DNA from: Stegostoma tigrinum
Lineage: Eukaryota
Length of the DNA: 64,000 nt
Direction of reading: 5' to 3'
NCBI RefSeq assembly: GCF_030684315.1
Contig: NC_081399.1
Span: 6,186,113 to 6,250,112, forward strand
Part shown: piece after piece, positions 25,521-37,640 of the stretch
Layout of the letters: each line of letters begins with the position of its first letter
How positions within the stretch are numbered: position 1 is the stretch's first letter
Position numbers and translations under genes: made by a program
Notes under the pieces: generated by a model
Told to the model about the DNA's origin: nothing
The model's database searches: none
What the model saw: the letters and a program-made list of their open reading frames with translations, nothing else

Positions 25521-28407
25521 TCAAATTTCTGTGACCATATGCATGTCCAGCAGTCTCTTAAATGACCCCAATGACCTTGCTTCCACAACTGCTGCTGGCA
25601 ACGCATTCCATGCTCTCACAACTCTCTGCGTAAAGAACCTGCCTCTGACATCCCCTCTATACTTTCCACCAACCAGCTTAAAACTATGACCCCTCGTGCT
25701 AGCCATTTCTGCCCTGGGAAATAGTCTCTGGTTATCAACTCTATCCATGCCTCTCATTATCTTGTATACCTCAATTAGGTCACCTCTCCTCCTCCTTTTC
25801 TCCAATGAAAAGAGACCGAGCTCAGTCAACCTCTCTTCATAAGATAAGCCCTCCAGTCCAGGCAGCATCCTGGTAAACCTCCTCTGAACCCTCTCCAAAG
25901 CATCCACATCTTTCCTATAATAGGGCGCCCAGAACTGGACGCAGTATTCCAAGTGCGGTCTAACCAAAGTTTTATAGAGCTGCAACAAGATCTCACGACT
26001 CTTAAACTCAATCCCCCTGTTAATGAAAGCCAAAACACCATATGCTTTCTTAACAACCCTGTCCACTTGGCTGGTCATTTTAAGGGATCTATGTATCTGC
26101 ACACCAACATCCCTCTGTTCCTCCACACTGCCAAGAATCCTATCCTTAATCCTGTACTCAGCTTTCAAATTCGACCTTCCAAAATGCATCACCTCGCATT
26201 TATCCAGGTTGAACTCCATCTGCCACCTCTCAGCCCATCTCTGCATCCTGTCAATGTCCCGCTGCAGCCTACAACAGCCCTCTACACTGTCAACGACACC
26301 TCCGACCTTTGTGTCGTCTGCAAACTTGCTGACCCATCCTTCAATTCCCTCGTCCAAGTCATTAATAAAAATTACAAACAGTAGAGGCCCAAGGACAGAG
26401 CCCTGTGGAACCCCACTCACCACTGACTTCCAGGCAGAATATTTTCCTTCTACTACCACTCGCTGTCTTCTGTTGGCCAGCCAATTCTGTATCCAAGCAG
26501 CTAAGTTCCCCTGTATCCCATTCCTCCTGACCTTCTGAATGAGCCTTCCATGGGGAACCTTATCAAATGCCTTACTGAAGTCCATATACACCACATCCAC
26601 AGCTCGACCCTCATCAACCTTTCTAGTCACATCCTCAAAAAACTCGATAGGGTTTGTAAGGCATGGCCTACCCCTCACAAAGCCGTGTTGACTGTATTTG
26701 ATCAAGCCATGCTCTTCCAGATGGTCATAAATCTTATCCCTCAGAATCCTTTCTAACACCTTGCAGACGAAAGACGTGAGACTTACCGGTCTATAATTGC
26801 CGGGGATTTCCCTATTTCCTTTCTTGAAGAGAGGAATTACATTTGCCTCTCTCCAGTCCTCAGGTACGACTCCAGTGGACAGCGAGGATGCAAAGATCTT
26901 CGCAAGTGGCGAAGCAATTGCATTTCTCGCCTCCCAAAGCAGCCGAGGACAAATCTGATCCGGGCCTGGCGACTTGTCAATCTTAATGTTTGACAAAATT
27001 TTCAGCACATCAGCTTCCTCTATCTCTATCCATTCCAGCATGCACACCTGCTCTTCAAAGGTTTCATTCACTACAAAGTTGGTTTCTTTCGTAAAGACAG
27101 AAGCAAAAAACTCATTTAGGGCTTCCCCTACCTCCTCAGGCTCCACACACAAGTTCCCTATGCTATCCCTGATCGGCCCTACTCTTTCTTTGACCATTCT
27201 CTTATTCCTCACGTAAGTGTAAAATGCCTTTGTGTTTTCCCGGATTCCTTCTGCCAAGCCTTTCTCGTGCCCCCTTCTGGCTCTCCTCAGACCATTTTTG
27301 AGCTCCTTCCTTGCCTGCATGTAATCCTCTCTAGCTGAACTTGACCCTAGCTTCCTCCACCTTATGTAAGCTACCTTCTTCCTTTTCACTAGAAGCTCCA
27401 CCGCTCTCGTCATCCAAGGTTCCTTAATCTTACCCCTTCTTGCCTGTCTCAGAGGGACATATTTACTCATCACTCCCAACAACTGTTCCTTAAACCATCT
27501 CCACATGTCTATAGTTCCCTTACCATGGAACAACTGCTCCCAGTCCATGCTTCCTAACTCATGTCTAATCGCATCATAGTTTCCTCTTCCCCAATTAAAT
27601 ATCCTCCCATTCTGCCTAATCCTCTCCTTCTCCATAGCTATGTAAAATGTGAGGCAGTTATGGTCACTATCACCAAAATGCTCCCCCACCACAAGATCTG
27701 ATACCTGCCCCGGCTCGTTTCCGAGCACCAAGTCTAGAATGGCCTCTCCCCTCGTCGGCCTGTCAACGTACTGCGTTAGGAAACCCTCCTGAACACACCT
27801 TACAAAAACAGCTCCATTCAAATCTTCTGCTCGAAGGAGGTTCCAATCAATATTAGGAAAGTTAAAGTCACCCATTACAACAACCATACTGCGTCCACAC
27901 TTTTCCAAAATCTGTCGACCTATGCTTTCTTCAATCTCCCTGCTGCTATTGGGGGGCCTGTAGTAAACCCCTAACGAGGTGACTACTCCCTTGCTGTTCC
28001 TAATTTCCACCCATACTGACTCGGTAGGCAGATCTTCCTCGACAAAGGAAGCTTCTGTAGCTGTGATACCCTCTCTGATTAGTAGTGCTACACCGCCTCC
28101 TCTTTTCCCCCCTCCCTATTCTTTTTAAATGTTCTAAACCCTGGAACATCCAGCAACCATTCCTGCCCATGAGAAACCCATGTCTCTGTTATGGCCACAA
28201 CATCATAGCACCAGGTACTGATCCATGCTCTAAGTTCATCACTTTTATTCCTGATACTCCTTGCATTAAAGCAAACACACTTTAACTGATCCCTTGGTTC
28301 CTTCCCAGGAAAATCCTTCCCACTAGCTGGTCTACCTCTTGCTACTGCCTCACCTGCATCAACGCTCACCTCTGGTATACAGCTCAGGTTCCCACCCCCC
28401 TGCCATA
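25521..28407 (-). pseudogene. CR1 ORF2p (APE endonuclease + reverse transcriptase) with one 1-bp frameshift at 28103-28106
   Basis: NARS, ITETW, GDFN and SDH endonuclease motifs; GVPQGSVLGP and FADD RT motifs; 829-aa open frame after the frameshift. Confidence 0.9.
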
Positions 28408-29343
28408 CTAGTTTAAACCCTCTCGAACTACTCGAGCAAACCTTCCACCCTGGACATTGGTCCCCTTCCAGTTCAGATGCAACCCGTCCTTCTTGTACAG
28501 GTCCCACCTTCCCCAGAAGGCATCCCAATTATCAACATATCTGAAGCCCTCCCTCCTACACCAGCTGCGTAGCCACGTGTTCAGCTGCGCCCGCTCCCTG
28601 TTCCTCACCTCGCTATCTCGTGGCACCGGTAGTAAACCAGAGAACACTACTCTGTTCGTCCTGCTCTGCAGCTTCCATCCTAACTCCCTGAAATCACTTT
28701 TTATATCCTCAAACCTATTTCTGGCTATATCATTTGTGCCAATATGTAACACGATTTCTGGCTGTTCGCCCTCCCCTTTCAGAACTTTATACACCCGATC
28801 GGAGACGTCCCGGACCCTGGCACCAGGGAGGCAACATACCTTCCGGGAATCCCGATCTTGCCCACAAAATCTCCTGTCGATTCCCCTAACTATCGAGTCC
28901 CCTACCACGAGTACTTTTCTATTCTGCCCCCTTCCCTTCTTTGCCACAGTGTCAGGCTCAGTGCCAGAGAACTGACTACTATGGCTTTCCTCTGGTAGGT
29001 CATCCCCCCCAGCAGTATCCAAAACGGTATACTTATTGCTGAGGGGAATGCCCACAGGGGATCTCTGCACTGTCTGTCTGTCCCCTTTCCTCCCCCTAAC
29101 TGTAACCCATCTATCGTTGTCCTGAGCCTTAGGAGTGACCAACTCCCGATAACTCCTCTCAATTACCGCCTCTGCCTCCCGAATGATCCGTAGTTCATCC
29201 AGCTCCAGCTCCATTTCCCTAACACGGTTTTCAAGGAGCTGTAGCTGGGTGCACTTCCCGCAGATGTAGCCAGCGGAGACGTGTGCCACATCTCCCAACT
29301 GCCACATACTGCAGGAGGAGCAAGCAACTGCCCTAGCATCCAT
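28408..29343 (-). CDS. CR1 ORF1p: zinc finger + coiled coil + SGNH esterase
   Basis: CxxC...CxxC, heptad LENRVREMELELDEL, and GDSIVRG / GTND / DGLHL motifs. Confidence 0.9.
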   Translation of the reverse strand: MDARAVACSSCSMWQLGDVAHVSAGYICGKCTQLQLLENRVREMELELDELRIIREAEAVIERSYRELVTPKAQDNDRWVTVRGRKGDRQTVQRSPVGIPLSNKYTVLDTAGGDDLPEESHSSQFSGTEPDTVAKKGRGQNRKVLVVGDSIVRGIDRRFCGQDRDSRKVCCLPGARVRDVSDRVYKVLKGEGEQPEIVLHIGTNDIARNRFEDIKSDFRELGWKLQSRTNRVVFSGLLPVPRDSEVRNRERAQLNTWLRSWCRREGFRYVDNWDAFWGRWDLYKKDGLHLNWKGTNVQGGRFARVVREGLN

Positions 29344-30173
29344 ACCCCACTTACCAGACCTGGGCACTACACCGTAGGAAGGATGTCATGGCCCTGTTCG
29401 GAGTTCTATACAGGTTTAAAAGAATGATACCTGGATTTCAGGGATTTAGTTATGAGGAAAGATTAGACAAATTCGGCTTCTATTGTCAAGAATTTAGAAG
29501 ATTGAGGTGGTGACCCATTCGAAATTTTCAGTGTATTAACAGGGAAAGGCATGTTAAATAAAGATAAACCGTTTCCACTGGAGCAGTCTAAGAATTAGGT
29601 TTAAGCTGTTAGAAATTCTTCTGCATGCAAAGACTAGTGGAAAGGTGGGGAGTGGAGGGTGGTTATTAAAGTGGATAAGGAAGTTCAGAAAAGTCACCAA
29701 AACTATCCTCTGAAAGAATGCTACTTTTATGTAAAGAAAACATTATCAAGTCGAGCACAGAATTTGGAGCGAAGGTATTTGTTCTTTATCTCGCTGCACT
29801 ATAGGAACGTGACTTATCTGTACCTTAACGCATGCCCCTTCCCCCCACATTCAGCCATGGAACGTGAACTCCAATTCATATTTTTTCATGTCTGTTGGAT
29901 CACAAAAATCTCAGTCACAGTTTGGAAGTTAACATTTTTTTTCATCAGTTTCCATCAATGTAAACTGCTGTTAGATCTCCTTTCAGCCTTCTTCTTTTCA
30001 AAGGGAACAGTCTCAAATTCTTCAATCTATTTATATTAATTAAGTTTCTCATCCCTGGAAGCAGTTTCGATTTGTTTTGTTTCAGGACAAGTTTTAAGTT
30101 GAAGCGTAGGCGACTGAAACTAGGTGATTTGAAACAAAGGAAGCAGATCTGGGTTGATTGACTGCGGTGGGTC

Positions 30174-30212
30174 TTTTTTTGTCACTGTGCCAGATGAGTT
30201 TGTAGCGCTGTG
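30174..30212 (-). other. 23-RSS of V3 with a nested second heptamer
   Basis: CACAGCG (30206-30212), 23-nt spacer ending in CACAGTG (30183-30189), nonamer ACAAAAAAA (30174-30182). Confidence 0.88.
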
Positions 30213-30521
30213 CCCTATCTCCAGTCCCGCAGTGATAGACCGCCATGTCCTTTAACAGCACTCTCTCCAACTTGAGCTTTAACATTCTGTCATTGCTGGT
30301 CCGGCTGATGTCAAATCCATGTTTGAATCCCTTTCCATACTCAGGCTTTCCACCACTGTAAAAGTACCCAACTAAAGTGAGTGCCTGCCCAGGTCTCTGT
30401 TGGTACCAGAACATGTTGTCCTGGACTGTTCCATTTTGATAGCAATGGAACTCGACCGATTTCCCTTCTTCAGAGACGACCCGGTGAGGCCACTGATACA
30501 GCAGATCTCGCTGGACACTGC
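30213..30521 (-). CDS. TRBV: TCR V exon V3 (divergent family A-related), apparently functional
   Basis: Acceptor CTTTTGCAG|GC. Frame SVQRDLLYQWPHRVVSEEGKSVEFHCYQNGTVQDNMFWYQQRPGQ...DMAVYHCGTGD. Confidence 0.88.
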
Positions 30522-30907
30522 CTGCAAAAGTCGGATAAGCAGATCAATGGATTCATTCACAGTCAGACACCCAGACTCATCCCGCTTTGAGATCATGGAG
30601 AGTGCATTTACGGGTTAATAAACTCGGAGGTAACTCGTTAATATGGACAAGCTACAAAGTCGTTTAGAAATAATTTTCTTGCAAAAGACGCCTTCATCCC
30701 GTGAAAGAAATGCAACATATAAAACACCTTAAAGAAGACTTTACATTAAGCTAGCCTTTCAATTTACGTAAAATATAGATACACGATTTGGACGCACGAC
30801 AATGTTGAGGTAATTTCACGGCAGATGTTTCAAGACATCTACGATTTCTCGATGTAAAAGTAAGACATTCTTTATTACTAAGGATAAACTCTATTATCGA
30901 TTCTTAC

Positions 30908-30953
30908 ATGGAATCAGTAACAGAACTAAAAACTGCAATAAACTCGAAAGCAT
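30908..30953 (-). CDS. V3 leader exon (MLSSLLQFLVLLLIP)
   Basis: 46 nt; donor CCAT|GTAAG; T+GC gives an in-frame Cys. Confidence 0.88.
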
Positions 30954-31479
30954 CCTCCAGCAAGGTTTAGTTCAGTAGCGACTCTCTTTGCAGTTCAGGA
31001 TTTAATCTTGTCCTGGTCTTGACTTACTAAGCCGTTTTATCAGGAAGGCAAAAATGCCGCACACTGCTACTGCTCTGGAGATTGCCACAGTGTAACTAAC
31101 AAGACCTCTACCTCTGTCCTCATCTCCTCACCACACCCCCACCTCCAATCCAGGATGTGGCATCAGTCCACCCCAAAAAATCAAGTGTTCATGTAACTAC
31201 TCCGGCAAAAGTCATCGACTGCCAAGAAATTACCATTTTCCTAAAGGTAGGATTTAACCGACGTCCCCTTGACGTTTAATGTCAGTCAGCTTGCTCGTTA
31301 ATATTGTGGGAACTTCGATTGACCAGAAACTGGGCTAGAAAGCCATGTCAATTCTATAGCTATGTAAGGGCTGAGACGTTGAGAATCCTGCAGGGAAGTA
31401 AGAGCTCAGCTCTACATGCGTAAAGCATAAAGCAGGTCTGCTTTGGAATTATCAAACTCGCCTGGATCAATGTACGATC

Positions 31480-31870
31480 TGCAACGGTCAGAGTACACGA
31501 TCTACGAAGTGCATTTTACACTATCTACAAGGTGAAGTAGACACCTTATACAAAACACGACGTGAATATTCCAAAAGTTGCACTGGGCCAGGAGGTTGCA
31601 CCATCTATAAAATACAGTGTGCACAATGTACAAAATCCAGTGCGCATCATGTACGAAGTGTCATGTGCATGATGATGTGCACAAGATGAAGTGTGCACCA
31701 TAAAAACCGTTCAGTGAGCAATATCCATAAAGTTCAGCATGTGTAAGTTCTAGTGTGCACCATCTACAAAGTGTAATGGGGCGCAAGTGTGCACAATTTC
31801 AAAGCACAATGGGGTACGAGTGTGCAACCTGAACAAAGTGCAATAGGGTAGGATTGTACACTTTCTTCAC
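31480..31870. repeat. Degenerate ~20-22-bp minisatellite (GTGCACCATCTACAAAGTGCA-like)
   Basis: Many imperfect copies directly following a LINE fragment. Confidence 0.6.
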
Positions 31871-33759
31871 GGCGATTCCAATCTTATAGTGAATATATCT
31901 CAACGAGGTAATTCCAATCCTTTAGTGAATATATCTCTGAAATGGTATGAGAAAAGACATTCAATTTAGACGCATTCAGGATCACCAATAAATTGTGTCT
32001 TTGTCAGGAGTACAAATGTGCCAAGATTTAACTATATATTTTCCGCAAGTAAACCGCAAATCTTTCCTTTCACTCCTTTCCTCACCCACCTTTGTCTTTC
32101 TATTTTTGGAATCCTCTTCAATATTAAACAATCGTCTACTTTAGTCAATCACAAGAAGAATGTGCACCATGGCCCTGTACACAAGCATTCTTAAGTCATT
32201 TGTGGACATAGCCAAAGTGAAAAATCAGTGGAGAGGCTGTAGATTTGCTCCATGAGGCCGCTAGACCTGCTGTTATGTTATCAATCTCTGTCCAAGCGTT
32301 TCGGCCCTCTATCTCAATGAGCCTTCAGCGCCTCCTACTGATAGGAGTGAAAATCTACCATTTATGAAATGAAGAGTACCATAGAGTCATTTTGAAATTG
32401 CTGCATAAGAATACAAGTCGATAAGACATGAGAGCAGAGTTAGCCCAATCATCCCATCGAGTTTGTTCTGCCATTCAATGAGATAGGGTTGATCTGATAA
32501 TGATCAAATCCAATATTTTGCCCTTTTCCCGTAAACTTTGATTCTCTTCCTGATTGCAAATCTGTCCATCTCAGTCTGAATATGTTTAGTGGCTCAGACT
32601 CGACGGCTCTCAGCAGGAAAAACAAAATTCCAAAGATTCACTACCCTCCTTCTCATATGTGTCTTAAATGAACAATTCATTACTCTGAAATTATGCCCTC
32701 TGGTCCTCAACTGTCCCAAAAGGGGGAAACAACTTTTACAAATCTTCCTGTCAAGTTTGCAAAGAACCTTTAAGTCTTAATTAGGACGCTCTCCTCCTAA
32801 ACTGAAATGTGCACATGTCCAATCTACTCAACCTCTCCTCAAAAGATAATCCTTCCCCGTCTGGAATCAATCTCGTGTACTTTCTCTAAACTGCCTTCAG
32901 TACCTGTTTATCCTTCCTTAGATAAAGAGCTTAAAACTGTTCATAGAATTCTAAGTAAAGTTTTGGGTTGATGATACAGCAACAGTAAAAAAATGGCAAT
33001 ATAATTCCAAGCCAGGATGGTGAATGGCTTGGGGGAAATTAGCAGAGTGTGTTGTTCCCTTGTATCTGCTGCCCCTGTCCTTCTAATTGATAAAGTTCAT
33101 CAGACTTGGACTTCAGTACCTGTGTAGTTCTGAATGGCGCACAAGATAATAGAAGCTTCAGCAACCATTCCTCTCTCGTAAAATTGGAACAGTGTAGAAG
33201 GAGAGTATTCATCCCATTGTTCCTGTGCCCACCCTATTGACTAATGCCAATCTCATGCCTTTTCCCGGTATCCCTGCACACTATTTCTATGCAAATAACT
33301 ATCCACTGCCCCTCTTGAATGCTTCTGAATAGATTCTACCCCTCCCACTTTTCAGGCAGTGCATTGCACACCCTAACTACTCGCTGTGTGAACAATCTTC
33401 TTTTCTCACATCATCTTTGTTTCACAATTGCATCACTCTAAACCTAGGTTCTCCTTCCTATTATGAATTTCTCCTTATCTGTTCTATCCAGCTATCTCTT
33501 TTTTTTTTCAGTTTATGATGGTGTGAACAACATTGATGAAGCAACTGCACATGGTTGGGTCCTCTGCTCCAAGGGGGTATTGCAGTGATGTCGGGGCCTG
33601 CAATGGTTGATTTGAAATGGTTATAATTTTTGTCCTATCTTCTCGTAATGACTCCAACCAGCGAAGACAATTACACTCTGATTCACCCAGAGCCCACTTT
33701 ATTGGGACCTTTGCTGCCATGCTCAAATGCTGCCTTTGTATAGAAAGGCAGACACACTT

Positions 33760-35520
33760 AGCTAGTCCCCGTGTTTCAAAAGGGTAGCATGGATAATCCA
33801 GGAAATTACAGTCCAGTGAAACTCACGTCAGTGCTAGGAAAATTATTGGAAATTATTTGTAAGAATTTGGAAGCAGATGGACTGATTGGCGATAAACAAC
33901 ATGGATGTGCAAGGGTGGTCATGTCTCATTAACTTGAATGAGTTGTTTGAGGAGGTGATGAAGATTATTAATGAGGAAAAAACGATTGAAGTTGTCTACA
34001 TGGACTTCAGTAAAGCCTTTGACAAGGTTCTTCCTGGCAGACTGGTACAAAAAGGTTGAAGTCACATGGCATCAGGGGTGAGCTGGAAAATGGATACAGA
34101 ACTGGTTTAGCCATTGGAGACAGAGGGTGGAAGAATTCTTTTGCAAGTAAACCGCTAATCTTTCCATTCTTGCCTTCCCACCCACCTTTGTCTCTCTATT
34201 TTTTGTATCCTCTTCAATATTAAAAAATCGTCTACTTTCGTCAATCACAAGAAGGACGTGCACCATGGCCCTGTACACAAGCAATCCTAAGTCATTTGTG
34301 GAAATAGCCAAAGTGAAAAATCAGTGGAGAGGCTGTAGATTTGCTCCATGAGACTGCTAGAGTTGCGCTTGTGTTATCAATCTCTGTCCAAGTGCTTTGT
34401 TGCTCTATCTCAATAAGCCTTCAGCGCCCCGCACTGATACGAGTGGCAATCTATATAGAGGCCTGTGACTCATGGTGTTCGACAGCAATCAGCGCTTTGA
34501 CCTCTGCTTTTCATGATCCATGTAAAAGATTTGGGTGCAATGTCAATGACCAAGATTTGGTGCAACTGAAAATTAATTAGTAATGTTGCAGATGATACAA
34601 AAATTGCTGCAGTTGCGTATAGTGAGGAGGATTGTCAGAGGATACCTCAGGATAAAGATCAGTTGGAGGCATGGGCAGAAAAAGAAAATGGACGATGGAG
34701 TTTAATCCAGACAAATGTGAGGGGATGCATTTTGGAAGGTTAGGTACAAGTGGAAATTATACAGCGAATGACAGAACCCTTAGGAATATTGATTTGAAGA
34801 TAGATCTTGTTGTGCAGGTCCACAGATCCTTGAATGTGCCAGCACGGGTAGGTAAAGAAGTAAAGAAAAAGGCCTGTGACATTTGTGCCTCCGTTGGAAA
34901 GAGCGTTGAACATGTAAGGATAGATAGGTTATGCTGTAGCTTTGTAGAACTTTATTTAGGCCACACTTGAAATACTATGTACGTTTCTGGTCACCACACT
35001 ACCAGAAGGATGTGGATGCTTTGGACAGGTACAGAAAAATTTCAACCCGATGCTGTCTGGTCTGGGAAATTTCAGCTATGAAGAACAGTTAGATCAATTG
35101 GGCTTTTTATCACTGGAATGCAGGAGGTTGAGGGGTGATTTGAAAGAAACTCAGAGGGCGATCTGATAGAAGTTGATAAAATTGCGAATGGCATAGATAT
35201 AGTGGAAAGTAAAAAGTTTCTTCCCAAGTTGGAGGTGTTAATTACTAGGGCACACAGTTTCAGGGTATAAATTAGGAAATTTAAAAGGGATGTGTGAGGT
35301 GTGTTTTTCACACAAAGAGTGGTGAACACCTGGAATATGCTGCCAGAAGAGGTGGCAGAGGCAGGCAAAATAGCAAAGTTCAAGAGCTGCCTGATTGAAT
35401 CCATGAATAGGAAGCAAATAGAGGGATATGGATTCTTTAAGGGAAGGCAGTTTTAATATGGAAGGACACGAAGGGTTGGTGCAGTCCTGGAGGGACGAAA
35501 GGGTTATTCCTGTATTGTGC
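33760..35520 (+). mobile_element. Old CR1 fragment interrupted by a duplicated 311-bp segment
   Basis: YMDFSKAFDKV-like sequence, WTMEFNPDKCEGMHFGR, decayed 3' end. Confidence 0.75.
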
Positions 35521-36229
35521 TCTTCTTTGTTCTTTGTTCTAAGTAAGTGTAAAGTGTTGCAGATGTAGTCAAAATAAGATGCATGAAGACCACTTTGAAG
35601 AATAAGCATTACCTCTTTAACTCTCTCCACAGACACTTTCAGACCTGCTGAGTTTCTCCAGCATTATCTGTCTTGTTTCAGATTTACAATATCCACAATA
35701 TTTTGGACGTAATTGAAGACTAGAATGGAATCAATACTCCAAAACCAAAGTATCTGAACATCATAGGTGCAGTCTCATGAAGGTGCCTACAGGCCAGACT
35801 GTGCAGAATGCTCCAGATGTGGAGGTCTAGAAATAATGACCAGAAAACAGTGCTGGCGAATTTGTGGCGATTCTGTCTCTGAGCTTGAAGACCTGAGTTC
35901 AAGTCCCTGATCCAGAGGGTGTAAAGGCAGTTCTGAACTGTTTGATTAAGAATTTGCGCAAGGAGAGCAGACATGTGCACCATCTGCCATTGATCAACAG
36001 TGCTAGTGAAGTGGAGTGACGTTGGCATTTGTGGTGCAACTGAAAATTCAGCGGCCTTACAGTTGTGGGGATCAGAGATGAGCTTTATGGATATCTAACA
36101 GGTTACCACTTGCTTCCAAAGGGTGAAGACGGGATTGGGTACACTAGTTCCTATCATTTCTGCTATTTTTTTCAGACTGGACATCTGAATGAAGAGTAAG
36201 TCAGATGAGATTAAGGGACAATGGATGCA

Positions 36230-37640
36230 TTAAGACATTGGTATCCTAGTAAAGAATAAAATAAAATCCAAATTTAGATATAGGCAAGTTTTTTTTTTCA
36301 ATGAACGTCTTAATCAATGTTTAGAGTGCAGTGGCATTCTTGAGAAATAAATTAACAAGGTACAGAGGGATACGACATAATATAGTCAGATAATGTTAAA
36401 GATAATCCAAAGAGATTGAACAAATTCAGTGAGAGCAAAAAGGGTAGAACCCCACAAATATCAATGAGGTTGTCTTCGTGTTGAACCCCAGGAGATGGGA
36501 GAGACAATGAATAAATGTTACGTGACAGTGTTTACTGTGGAGAAAGAAATTGAGTCTAGAGAATGCAGAGAATGTATGATGGCTTCTAACATTACAGAAG
36601 AAGAAGTACTAGAGGCCTTAGAGAAAGCAAAGGTGGGATAAATTTCCAGCTCCTGATCAAAATGTATCTCAGAACCATGTGGGAAATAAGGAAGGAAATT
36701 ACAAGATAAAAAACATCTCCATCATTTATAGCTATGCGTGAGGTGCCTGATGATGGGACGGTGGCTAATGTTGTATCTTTTTACAGAAAGGTTTTCAGGG
36801 GAAACTGGGGAACTATAGCCTGTAAGTCTGACTTCCATTCTGGATAAATTGTTAGAGCTGATTGCAAATTTTAGGATTTGTGGAGATTTCAAGAGGTAAA
36901 AATTGATTAAGGATAGTCAGCATGGGTTTTGCGAGGAAAATCTTGTATCACAAACTTGACTGAGTTTTTTTTGAGAACATTGCTGGAAGGTTTGATGAGG
37001 CAAAGCAGTATGCATTGTTTACTTTGACTTTAGTAAAGGCTTCAAGTAGGATCTGCATGCTGGCAAAATTAGTAAAGTTAGGTAACAGTGCTCTTGCAAA
37101 GAGACATTAAATTGGGTTGACAGCAGGAAACAGTAATTTGGATGAGAATATAGAAGGCATGATCAATAAGTTTGCCGACGACACTAAGATTGGTGGTATA
37201 GTAGACAGTGAAAAAGGTTATCCAAAGTTTCAAAGGGATGTTGATCAAATGAGTCAATGGGTTGAAAAATTGCAGATGGAGGTATTGCATTTTGGTACAA
37301 TAAGCAAAGGTAGGTCTTATACAATTTTTGGTAGGGCCTTGGGAGCTATGTAAAATAGAGGGACTGAGGAGACCATGCACTTAATTTTTTTTAACAAAGA
37401 TCTTAAAGGGGGAGAGGACAATCTTTAACACAGGCAGTGGTTTGTGTGTGGAATGAACTTCCTAAGGAAATGGTGGATGTGAGAACAATTACAACGTTTA
37501 AAATACATTTGGTAAGTGCATGAACAAGAAAGGTTTGGAGGGTTATGCGCTAAGAGCAGGCAGCTTGGTCTAGTTTAGTTTGAGATTATGTTCGGTATGG
37601 ACTAGTCGAATGGAAGTGTCTGTTCCGGGCTATATGACTC
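36230..37640 (+). mobile_element. Old CR1 fragment
   Basis: INKFADDTKIGG motif; many indels. Confidence 0.7.

Larger units (their letters stand above)
25431..29355 (-). mobile_element. Near-full-length CR1 LINE, copy 1 (5' UTR missing), nested in an older CR1 fragment
   Basis: ORF1 and ORF2 present, (TTCTATG)n tail. Both flanks (25187-25430 and 29356-29720) are decayed plus-strand CR1 RT sequence. Confidence 0.95.

Noticed and set aside
25826-28975. Several 60-170 aa overlapping/antisense ORFs (also 49033-52070)
   Set aside because: Shadow frames of the CR1 ORFs; no independent gene signals.
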